Below, piece by piece: positions 46,558 through 54,302 of a stretch of DNA of 64,000 bases. Within the stretch, counting starts at the first letter, position 1; each line of letters starts with the position of its first letter. The stretch spans positions 45,680 through 109,679 of the forward strand of contig CAVAPV010000001.1 of assembly GCA_963590525.1 (NCBI GenBank), in the 5' to 3' direction. The position numbers were made by a program, and so were the translations under genes. The notes under the pieces were generated by a model. That model was not told the origin of the DNA. It did no database searches and saw only the letters and a list, made by a program, of their open reading frames with translations. The stretch is from Agathobacter rectalis. GTDB lineage: Bacteria; Actinomycetota; Coriobacteriia; Coriobacteriales; QAMH01.

Positions 46558-46588
46558 TTGTGCGTGACGTAGCGTCACCAGATAGCAT
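46558..46588 (+). promoter_or_regulatory. MerR-type promoter/operator P2 (upstream of the radical SAM gene)
   Basis: TTGTGC, 19-nt spacer, TAGCAT. The spacer contains TGACG-TAG-CGTCA (46565..46577) at the same register as P1. Confidence 0.6.
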
Positions 46589-46612
46589 CCCCTCCCAGCT
46601 TAGAGAGAGGAG

Positions 46613-47623
46613 ATGCAATTGATCGTATCGTGGATGACCACCAACCGGTGCAATCTCAAATGCGAGCACTGCTATCAAGATGCCGATGAATGTGACAGCC
46701 GCGAGCTGAACACGGCAGAAGCCAAGGCAATGATCGAGCAGATCGCCCGTGCCGGGTTTAAGATCATGATCTTTAGCGGCGGCGAGCCGCTTATGCGCGA
46801 CGACATCTTCGAGCTGGTTGCCCATGCGGCGGCACAGGGTCTGCGCCCGGTGTTTGGTAGCAACGGCACGCTTATCACCAACGAGGTGGCACGCAAGCTC
46901 AAAGAAGCCGGTGCGTGCTCTATGGGTATCAGCATCGATAGCCTGGACGCCGCAAAGCACAACAGCTTTCGAGGAGTCGAGGGCGCGCACGAGGCAACAT
47001 TGGCGGGTATAGAGGCCTGCAAGCGCGCTGGGCTGTCGTTTCAGATCCACACCACCGTGGTCGATTGGAACCGCGACGAGGTCTGCGACATCACGGATTT
47101 TGCCCAAGAGCTGGGCGCGGTAAACCACTCCATCTTCTTCCTGATCCCCGTGGGACGCGGCAAGTACATCGAGGAGACAAGCCTCAAGGTGTTGGAGAAC
47201 GAGGCTTTGCTGCAAGACATCATGCGCAAATCCGCCGAGGTTGCCCTCGATGTCAAGCCCACCTGCGCCCCGCAGTTCACGCGCGTGGCCCAACAGCTTG
47301 GTGTGGATACGCGCTACACGCGCGGCTGTTTGGCCGGTCTTACCTATTGCGTGGTAGGCAGCGAAGGCATCGTGCGCCCCTGCGCGTACATGACCGAGGA
47401 CGCAGGCGATGTGCGCAAGCAACCCTTTGATGAGATCTGGGCCACAAGCCCCGTGTTTGAGCGCCTGCGCACGCAGGCTTATGGCGGCAACTGCGGAGCC
47501 TGCGACTACAAGGAGCGCTGCGGCGGCTGCCGTGCCCGTGCTGCGTACTACCACAACGGCGATTACATGGCCCAAGACGATTACTGCGCCTACGGGCAGA
47601 AGCTCGGTTGCCAACACGCGTAA
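46613..47623 (+). CDS. radical SAM / SPASM-domain protein (AhbD/NirJ-like)
   Basis: CNLKCEHC (CX3CX2C), SGGEPL, IFFLIPVGRG, and a C-terminal Cys cluster CGACDYKERCGGCRARA. Confidence 0.8.
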   Translation: MQLIVSWMTTNRCNLKCEHCYQDADECDSRELNTAEAKAMIEQIARAGFKIMIFSGGEPLMRDDIFELVAHAAAQGLRPVFGSNGTLITNEVARKLKEAGACSMGISIDSLDAAKHNSFRGVEGAHEATLAGIEACKRAGLSFQIHTTVVDWNRDEVCDITDFAQELGAVNHSIFFLIPVGRGKYIEETSLKVLENEALLQDIMRKSAEVALDVKPTCAPQFTRVAQQLGVDTRYTRGCLAGLTYCVVGSEGIVRPCAYMTEDAGDVRKQPFDEIWATSPVFERLRTQAYGGNCGACDYKERCGGCRARAAYYHNGDYMAQDDYCAYGQKLGCQHA

Positions 47624-47734
47624 ACGCGGGTGCGAGGCAAACCAAAAGCGACCCGCGGTAAGGCACGACTGGCTGCATGGCGCCGTCGTCGAGCGCAGCG
47701 GTGTAAACAAGAACGTAAGCAAGAGGAGAAACCT

Positions 47735-48721
47735 ATGAAGAAGATGACGACAAAGATCACCGCATGCGCCTGCGCATTGGCGCTGGCGGCAAGCGGCGTT
47801 GTGCTGAGCGGCTGCAACGGCGGCGATGCCGGTAGCAGCTCCCAGCAGACTGCAACCGAGCAACAAGCCGGCTACACCTTTACAGACGATTTGGGCAACC
47901 AGGTGACCGTTGCCTCACATGATCGCGTTGTTGCCGGCATGGGCAGCTTTGCGAGCATCTGGGAGCTGGCCGGCGGTACGCTGGTGGGTGCATCCGATGA
48001 CGCGTTTAGCGATTACGGTATCGAGTCCAGCGCGGATAAGGTGGGCGATTTCTCTGCGCTCAACGCTGAGTCCATCATCGCGCTCGACCCGGACTTTGTC
48101 ATCTTGACCGGTGCAAGCAGCGGGCGCGGTGGCGGCGTTGCGCAAACGGACCTCAAAGACACGCTCGAGGCCGCTGGCATTGCCGTAGCGTATTTCTCGG
48201 TCACCACCTTTGACGACTACCTGCGCATGCTTAAGATCTGCACCCAGATCACGGGCGATGAGGCAGCTTACGAGCAAAACGGCACCGATGTGGCCGAGAA
48301 GATCGATGCCATCAAAGCCAAGGCACAGGGCAAAAGCGCCGGTAGCGTTGTGGTGCTCACCACGTATTCCGGCGGCACGCGTGTCCAGGCGTCCTCCACG
48401 CAGACCGGCATCATGCTAAGCGACCTTGGAGCCAGCAACATCACCGATAACAACTCCAGCCTGCTTTCCGACTACAGCTTGGAGTCGTTGGTCGAGGCTG
48501 ACCCGGACTTCATCTTCTTGCTGCCCATGGGCGATACAGACGAGGCTGCGCAAACCGCGCTCAAAGACCAAACCACGAGCAACCCGGCATGGAAGGAGTT
48601 GAGCGCCGTCAAGAACGGGCATGTGGTCACGCTCGACCCCAAGCTCTTCCTCTACAAGCCCAACAATCAATGGGACAAAGCCTACAAGACCCTCTACAAG
48701 GCTCTGTACGAGCAAAACTAA
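47735..48721 (+). CDS. iron-chelate/cobalamin-type (FecB/BtuF/HmuT-like) ABC substrate-binding lipoprotein
   Basis: ORF 47630..48721; the ATG at 47735 follows AAGAGGAGA. Lipobox LSGCNGG, DPDFVILTG and NGHVVTLDPKLF motifs. Confidence 0.8.
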   Translation: MKKMTTKITACACALALAASGVVLSGCNGGDAGSSSQQTATEQQAGYTFTDDLGNQVTVASHDRVVAGMGSFASIWELAGGTLVGASDDAFSDYGIESSADKVGDFSALNAESIIALDPDFVILTGASSGRGGGVAQTDLKDTLEAAGIAVAYFSVTTFDDYLRMLKICTQITGDEAAYEQNGTDVAEKIDAIKAKAQGKSAGSVVVLTTYSGGTRVQASSTQTGIMLSDLGASNITDNNSSLLSDYSLESLVEADPDFIFLLPMGDTDEAAQTALKDQTTSNPAWKELSAVKNGHVVTLDPKLFLYKPNNQWDKAYKTLYKALYEQN

Positions 48722-48750
48722 TTGCGTAGGGCAAGCTTTAAGTTGCGCAG

Positions 48751-49809
48751 ATGTTTGAGACACGAAGCATGAAGCAGACATCAACCTCACCCACGCGGCG
48801 CAACGCGCAAGCCATGCGCGGCCAGCGCATGGCGGCCATTGCCGTCGCGGCGGTACTGCTTGTGTGCGTTGCGGTTTTGGGTATAACAACGGGCTCGACG
48901 GCGGTCGGGTTGGGCGATGTGCTCGCACTCATAGCGGGAACCAACACCGATCAAACCGCTGCCAACGTCATCGTAAACATCCGCCTGCCCCGCGTGCTTG
49001 CGGCGCTGTTGGCCGGAGCGGCTTTGGCCCAGGCCGGCGCACTCATCCAGGCGGCGCTCGATAACCCGCTGGCCAGCCCCAACGTCATCGGCGTTAACGC
49101 GGGTTCCGGCTTCTTTGTGCTGCTAGCCGCATGCATGTTTCCCAATGCGTTTGCGTTGGCGCCGGCAGCAGCCTTCTTAGGTGCGCTTGTTGTGGCGGGG
49201 CTCATCTTTGGCGTGGCCAGGCTGGGTGGCTCGTCTAGGCTCACGGTGGTGCTGGCCGGTATGGCGTTTACTGCCATCTTTACCGCGGGCATGAACACCA
49301 TACTCATCGTCAACCCGGATGCTTACGTAGGGTCTTCGGGTTTTCTTACCGGCGGGCTTTCGGGCGTCAAGTTAAGCGAGGTCATCGTGCCGGGCATCGC
49401 CATCTGCATTGCGCTGCTTTTGGGGTTGCTGCAAGGCACGCGCCTCAACCTGCTGGCTTTGGGTGACCAGCAGGCGCATTCGTTGGGACTCAACGTGCAG
49501 CGTACGCGACTGGCCGCACTGGCGTGTGCGGCGGCGCTGGCCGGGTGCGCTGTGAGCTTTGCCGGGCTTGTGGGCTTTGTGGGGCTTATCGTTCCGCACG
49601 TTGCCCGTACCCTGACTGGCCACGACAACCGCAGCGTGTTGCTGGCATCGCCCATCATGGGTGCGTTGCTTGTGTGCCTGTGCGACCTGTTGGCACGTAC
49701 CTTGTTTGCCCCGTACGAGATTCCCGTGGGCATAGCGCTCTCCCTGCTTGGCGGGCCTTTCTTTGTGTATCTCATCTTGAAAAAGGGCAGGGGAGGGGTC
49801 AATGGGTAG
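48751..49809 (+). CDS. FecCD/BtuC-family ABC permease
   Basis: IRLPRVLAALLAGAALA, the GLVGFVGLIVPH motif and about 9-10 TM helices. Confidence 0.85.
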   Translation: MFETRSMKQTSTSPTRRNAQAMRGQRMAAIAVAAVLLVCVAVLGITTGSTAVGLGDVLALIAGTNTDQTAANVIVNIRLPRVLAALLAGAALAQAGALIQAALDNPLASPNVIGVNAGSGFFVLLAACMFPNAFALAPAAAFLGALVVAGLIFGVARLGGSSRLTVVLAGMAFTAIFTAGMNTILIVNPDAYVGSSGFLTGGLSGVKLSEVIVPGIAICIALLLGLLQGTRLNLLALGDQQAHSLGLNVQRTRLAALACAAALAGCAVSFAGLVGFVGLIVPHVARTLTGHDNRSVLLASPIMGALLVCLCDLLARTLFAPYEIPVGIALSLLGGPFFVYLILKKGRGGVNG

Positions 49810-50599
49810 CAAGTGCGATACTGCTGTGGGAGTGCGGCTCGACAACATCACCTTTGGCTATGCAGATAAGCCCTTGTTCAGCGAGTTCTCCCTTGAGTTT
49901 GCCGCGGGCAAGGTGACGAGCATTATCGGCCCCAACGGCTGCGGAAAATCGACGCTGCTCAAGCTTATGAGCGGCGCTTGCAAGCCCAGTGCCGGCAATG
50001 TTTGTGTTTGCGAAAGCGACATTGCCGCCCTGTCTGCCAAAGAGCGTGCCCGTCTTATAAGCCTGATGGCTCAAGAACATGCGGCGCCGCCCGTGAGCGT
50101 GAGGCAGCTTGTTGAGTTTGGCCGCTATCCCCATCATGGCGCCTTTGCCAAGCTAGCGGCGCAAGACTACGATGCCGTAGATCATGCACTCGAGGCAACG
50201 GGGCTTGCTTTACTGGCCGACGCAAACGTGACCGAGCTCTCTGGCGGGCAGCGTCAACGTGCCTTCATTGCCATGGCGCTGGCGCAAGATACGCCGGTGG
50301 TGCTTTTGGATGAGCCAACATCTTTCTTGGACGTTTGCGCCAACTACGACGTGATGGAGCTGATGCGCTCGCTCAAAAACGAGCATGGCAAAACCGTTAT
50401 CGCCGTGATCCACGACATCAACCTGGCGCTCAAGTACTCCGATGAGATCTGCGTGATGCGCGACGGCGAGCTGCTGGTGCAGGGTGCGCCTCATGAACCC
50501 CAGGTGCTAAGAGGGGTTGAACGCGCTTTTGACGTGCGCGCCGAGCTTTTGCACGGACAGCTGGGCAGCGCTTATGCTCTCTTCAAGAGCACTACGTAA
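49802..50599 (+). CDS. ABC ATP-binding protein (FepC/FecE/HmuV-like)
   Basis: GPNGCGKSTL, LSGGQRQRAFIAMAL, VLLDEPTSFLD, VIHD. Confidence 0.88.
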   Translation: MGSKCDTAVGVRLDNITFGYADKPLFSEFSLEFAAGKVTSIIGPNGCGKSTLLKLMSGACKPSAGNVCVCESDIAALSAKERARLISLMAQEHAAPPVSVRQLVEFGRYPHHGAFAKLAAQDYDAVDHALEATGLALLADANVTELSGGQRQRAFIAMALAQDTPVVLLDEPTSFLDVCANYDVMELMRSLKNEHGKTVIAVIHDINLALKYSDEICVMRDGELLVQGAPHEPQVLRGVERAFDVRAELLHGQLGSAYALFKSTT

Positions 50600-50708
50600 G
50601 GCAAAGGACGTGTGATCGAGGATTGCGTGCGAGGGCTTGCGAGCTGCAGTTTGTCCCTTGCTTGTTGCCGCAAACACAAACCGCAGCGATGCTCTTACCG
50701 GCAACAAG

Positions 50709-50741
50709 AAAGGCGCCGACGGATTTCCATCGGCGCCTTTT
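50709..50741. terminator. bidirectional hairpin terminator between convergent genes
   Basis: AAAGGCGCCGA-(10 nt)-TCGGCGCCTTT with T-runs on both strands. Confidence 0.65.
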
Positions 50742-50772
50742 GAGCTTTGCTGCTGCCTGTTGCAGCGCGTTT

Positions 50773-52452
50773 TTACTTGACTTTGACGGTGAAGGTCTTG
50801 GAGGCCGCGCTCTTGTAACCTGCGACCTCTGCGGCGGTCACGGTCACGGTGTAGGTACCCTTCTTGGTGCCCTTCTTGACGGTGACCTTGCCCTTCTTGG
50901 AGACCGTCACCTTCTTGGAAGAGGAGCTGTAGCTGATGGCGCCCTTGCTGGTGACGCTGGCCTTGATGTTGGCGGTCTTCTTGGACTTCTTGAGCTTGGC
51001 TGCCTTGAAGGTGACCTTCTTGGACTTGAGTGTCAGGGCGTTGTCTGCGATGCCCTCGGCGTATGCCAGATCACTGATAGCGCTCTTGACGTGCGTTACT
51101 TGCTCGAGCACGGCGGTCTCGGTTGCCTTGGTATTGGCCAGAAGCTCGGTGGCCTCGTCGAGCTCGTCTTTGAGGTTGGACCAGGAGTCTGCGGTGTAGT
51201 TGGACTCGATCAGGCTTTGTGCCTTGTCTATCTGGGCCTGCAGCTTGGCTTTGGTTGCCTTGGACGCAGCGCTAAAGTTGGCGAGGTTCTCTGTGCCGAT
51301 CTTGAAGATGGGCGTCGTGTAGTCCTTGTAACCCAGCGCGTGGACAGTGAGCGTCCAGTAACCGGTGCCGTCGTAGCCCTTGGGAAGCTCGAAGCGCTTG
51401 GACTCGGTCAGGCCCAGCTGGATGTGCATGATCTTGTGCATCCAGTTGTCTGCGGCAAACTTGGTGCCGTAGGTGCGCACAGCCTTGGTGCCGGTTTTGT
51501 CCTTGCCGTAGTAGGTCCAGGTCACAGCCTGGAGGTTAGCGCCCAAGTCGCCGTAGTTTGCGGCCAGGTCCACGCGGATCTTCTCGCCGTAGGCACCCAG
51601 AGAGATACCCTCCTCGATGGCCTCCTCGCTGCCGGCTACCAAGGTGTAGACGCCGTCTGTTGCATCGACGGACTTGGCGGTGGTTGCGGTCTTGAGCGCC
51701 TGGCCTGCGATGCCGCTGTCGGTCTGGGTTGCGCTCTCGTTTGCGGCAGAGAAGGAGAACGTGGTGCCGGACAACGTGGCGGTCTTGATGCCGTAGGTGG
51801 TCGCGGTCACGTTTGCGACGCCGCTGTAGGCCACCAGGTTCTTCTCGGTAAAGCCGCCGGCGATGGTAGAGCCGTTTTCTGTCACGTCAAAGCCCTTGGC
51901 GGCACGGTCTGCCTTGAAGGCCTCGTAATCGCTGGCCTTGACCTTGACGGGCACGTACTTGGTGCCGTAGACCTCGTAGTTGGTCATCGTGTAGGTGGAC
52001 TTGTCTGCCGTGGTCACAACGCCGTTGGCAAAGGTCGCCGTCTCGCCGCTGGTGGTGACAAAGGTCGTCTTGTCCTTCCAGTAGCTCACGGTAAAGTCCT
52101 TGGCGCTGCCATCGGCCGCGGTGGTGTGGATGGTGGCATTGCACTGGTAGCTGCCGCGATGCAGGCCGTGGTTGTAGGTTGCGCGTGACACGGCGTCAAA
52201 GCCGCCCAGGTCGGATTCTTCCTTTTGGTCCAGCTCGTCGCTTGAATCGGTGTTGGTGGCGTTGTAGACGCCCTCGGATGCCCAGTACTCGTCCCAGCTC
52301 AAGCCTGCATAGCAGTAGGTGTACTCGTCATCGGCGGCAAAGGCGCTTGTGATAGCGCTACCGCTTACGGTGGGGGCAAAGGCAACTGCCATGCCACCTG
52401 CCATCAAGGCGCAGGCGGCCTTTTTGGCCAGGGAATTTACGGTGATGGTCAA
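50773..52452 (-). CDS. secreted 559-aa surface protein (FIVAR-like helical module, Lys-rich Ig-like C-terminus, DAVSRAT motif)
   Basis: TTG start after GAGGAG, and a signal peptide (...AITSAFA/ADDEY). The C-terminus KKGKVTVKKGTKKGTYTVTV is shared with the 666-aa protein. Confidence 0.8.
   Translation of the reverse strand: MTITVNSLAKKAACALMAGGMAVAFAPTVSGSAITSAFAADDEYTYCYAGLSWDEYWASEGVYNATNTDSSDELDQKEESDLGGFDAVSRATYNHGLHRGSYQCNATIHTTAADGSAKDFTVSYWKDKTTFVTTSGETATFANGVVTTADKSTYTMTNYEVYGTKYVPVKVKASDYEAFKADRAAKGFDVTENGSTIAGGFTEKNLVAYSGVANVTATTYGIKTATLSGTTFSFSAANESATQTDSGIAGQALKTATTAKSVDATDGVYTLVAGSEEAIEEGISLGAYGEKIRVDLAANYGDLGANLQAVTWTYYGKDKTGTKAVRTYGTKFAADNWMHKIMHIQLGLTESKRFELPKGYDGTGYWTLTVHALGYKDYTTPIFKIGTENLANFSAASKATKAKLQAQIDKAQSLIESNYTADSWSNLKDELDEATELLANTKATETAVLEQVTHVKSAISDLAYAEGIADNALTLKSKKVTFKAAKLKKSKKTANIKASVTSKGAISYSSSSKKVTVSKKGKVTVKKGTKKGTYTVTVTAAEVAGYKSAASKTFTVKVK
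50858..50900. repeat. 43-nt perfect inverted-repeat arm (partner at 61312..61354)
   Basis: The reverse complement of 50858..50900 equals 61312..61354 base for base (CCAAGAAGGGCAAGGTCACCGTCAAGAAGGGCACCAAGAAGGG). Confidence 0.9.
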
Positions 52453-52527
52453 AACGACTCCTCTCGTACGGACACAGCGTGAAGCAGCCCTTCTTGGGCA
52501 CGCTTGGTAACTGCACAGACAGTTTTG

Positions 52528-52543
52528 GTTAGCTTTAGCTAAC
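52528..52543. promoter_or_regulatory. candidate operator S1, GTTAGC-TTTA-GCTAAC
   Basis: Perfect 6+4+6 palindrome in the divergent intergenic region between the 559-aa protein gene and apbE. Confidence 0.45.
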
Positions 52544-52700
52544 TTGTACGGAGCGAGATGTTAGCACGGGCAAACTTAAGGTCAAGAGGGATTTTGGGCT
52601 AAAGGACGAAATCTGTTATTCGTCATGTGAGATAAATCAACAGATCGCTCCATTTGTCGTTTGACCGCGTGTTTTGCATGCGCCAATTCTGATAATCCTC

Positions 52701-52728
52701 TTGCCAGTTAGAGCTTTATCGCTAAAAT
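52701..52728 (+). promoter_or_regulatory. putative apbE-operon promoter
   Basis: TTGCCA, 16-nt spacer, TAAAAT, immediately followed by operator S2. Confidence 0.45.
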
Positions 52729-52744
52729 GTTTGCTTTAGCTAAC
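52729..52744. promoter_or_regulatory. candidate operator S2, GTTTGC-TTTA-GCTAAC
   Basis: One mismatch to S1. Abuts the -10 element, 43 nt upstream of the apbE ATG at 52787. Confidence 0.4.
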
Positions 52745-52786
52745 TATTTAGGCGTCTTAGGGCGCTGCTTTACAGCAAGGGTTTTC

Positions 52787-53845
52787 ATGCAGTTGTACAC
52801 ACGCAGACAGTTCGCATCGTTATTGGGATTGACGGCCGCCGTCGGCGCGTTTGGCGCGCTTGGTTGCTCGAGCGCAGCCTCGCAAGATCAGGCAGACAGC
52901 TCTTCTCAAGATGCCTCGGCTTGGCTTGAAGAGGATCCCAAGAGTGCGACGCTTTTTGTCTTTGACACCGTGGTGGAGCTTAGGGCCTATTGCTCGCAAG
53001 AGCTCATGGACCAAGCGGTAGAGCGCTGCAACTACTTTGAGGAGCGCTTCTCGCGCACTTTGGAGGGCAGCGATGTCTGGAACGTCAACCATGCTGCCGG
53101 CAAGCCCACGCAGGTTGCGCAGGAAACCGCCGATATCATCACCCAGTCGCTTGCGTATTGCGAGGCCTCAGAGGGTCTTTTTGACATCACCATCGGCGCC
53201 GTGAGCAGCCTTTGGGATTTTGTAGAGGGCGTCAAACCCGACGACGCAGATATCAAAGAGGCCATCAAGCACATCGACTACCGTGGCGTGATGGTGGACG
53301 GCACCACGGTCACGTTGGCAGACCCCAACGCCATGCTGGATCTGGGAGGTACCGCCAAGGGCTACATCGCAGATGCGCTCAAGACGCTCTTTACGCAGGG
53401 TGGCTGCGTGAGCGGCGTTCTCAACCTGGGTGGGCATGTGTGCCTCATCGGCTCCAAGCCTGATGGCAGCGATTGGAACGTTGGCGTGCAAGATCCCAAC
53501 GACGACGAGCAGGCGACCATCGCCTCGATCAAGCGCAGCGATATGTCTGTGGTGACAAGCGGCTTGTACGAGCGCCAGTTCAAAGCAGACGACGGCAAGA
53601 CCTACTATCACATCCTCGACCCCAAGACCGGCTATCCCGTCAAGACGGATTTGGTGAGCAGCTCTGTGGTGGGTGCGGACTCCTTGCAATGCGACGCGCT
53701 TGCAACGCTCATGTTCTTGCTGGGGCACGACAAAGCACTCGATCTGCTCAACACGACCGACGGCCTGGAGGGTCTTGTGGTCAGCAAGAAGACGGGCAAG
53801 GTTACCCAAAGCAAGGCCAAGGCGTTTACGTTGGCTGAGGATTAG
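52787..53845 (+). CDS. apbE: FAD:protein FMN transferase (ApbE/Ftp family), Tat-type lipoprotein
   Basis: ORF 52727..53845; the ATG at 52787 gives [73 protein letters not shown]. Confidence 0.85.
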   Translation: MQLYTRRQFASLLGLTAAVGAFGALGCSSAASQDQADSSSQDASAWLEEDPKSATLFVFDTVVELRAYCSQELMDQAVERCNYFEERFSRTLEGSDVWNVNHAAGKPTQVAQETADIITQSLAYCEASEGLFDITIGAVSSLWDFVEGVKPDDADIKEAIKHIDYRGVMVDGTTVTLADPNAMLDLGGTAKGYIADALKTLFTQGGCVSGVLNLGGHVCLIGSKPDGSDWNVGVQDPNDDEQATIASIKRSDMSVVTSGLYERQFKADDGKTYYHILDPKTGYPVKTDLVSSSVVGADSLQCDALATLMFLLGHDKALDLLNTTDGLEGLVVSKKTGKVTQSKAKAFTLAED

Positions 53846-53848
53846 CAC

Positions 53849-54298
53849 ATGGCAAAACCTGCAAAGAGCAAGGCGAGCATGAGAAACGTTGTAGCCGTTG
53901 GCGTTATCGTCGTGGTGGTGGCTGCGGCATTTGGCCTGTGGAGCGCCTTTGGGGCAAGCGCTGCCTCGCAGGCAAACGCGCTTGTGGCTGTGGTGCACGA
54001 CGGTGATGGCGGTACATACGAGTATGCCCTTGATACGGATGTGCAAGAGACCATAACCACGTCTTTGGGCAGCAACCTGGTGGTGGTAAGCGACGGTCGC
54101 GTGCATGTGCAGGAGGCCGACTGCCCCAATCACGATTGCATCAAGCAAGGAGAGATCGACACTCCGGGCCAGCAGATCGTGTGTCTGCCCCATAAGCTCT
54201 GGGTCGAGATCGTGAGCGCAGACAGTGCGTCGAGCACGCAGCAAGACGCGGCAAACGCAAACGCCGATGACGGCTCGTTTGATGTGAAATCGCGATAA
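53849..54298 (+). CDS. NusG-domain-II-like (DUF1312) membrane-anchored protein
   Basis: N-terminal TM helix, then ADCPNHDCIKQG...IVCLPHKLWVEI. Confidence 0.7.
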   Translation: MAKPAKSKASMRNVVAVGVIVVVVAAAFGLWSAFGASAASQANALVAVVHDGDGGTYEYALDTDVQETITTSLGSNLVVVSDGRVHVQEADCPNHDCIKQGEIDTPGQQIVCLPHKLWVEIVSADSASSTQQDAANANADDGSFDVKSR

Positions 54299-54302
54299 GG
54301 GC

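Noticed and set aside
45608-47866. 752-aa minus-strand ORF spanning the merR and radical-SAM region. Similar long antisense ORFs occur at 3934..4953, 35538..36860, 36942..38231, 38625..40280, 41558..43546, 50623..52188 and 61650..62822.
   Set aside because: Each is antisense to a + strand (or, for 50623..52188, a minus strand) gene with clear family motifs and RBS-linked starts. The antisense products are low-complexity and lack starts with ribosome-binding sites. They are treated as high-GC shadow frames.
52705-52726. GTTAGAGCTTTATCGCTAA within the apbE promoter spacer, considered as a fifth operator copy
   Set aside because: The half-sites are shortened and the spacing differs (8-9 nt instead of 4). 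It is too degenerate to count and may simply reflect local AT-rich sequence similarity.
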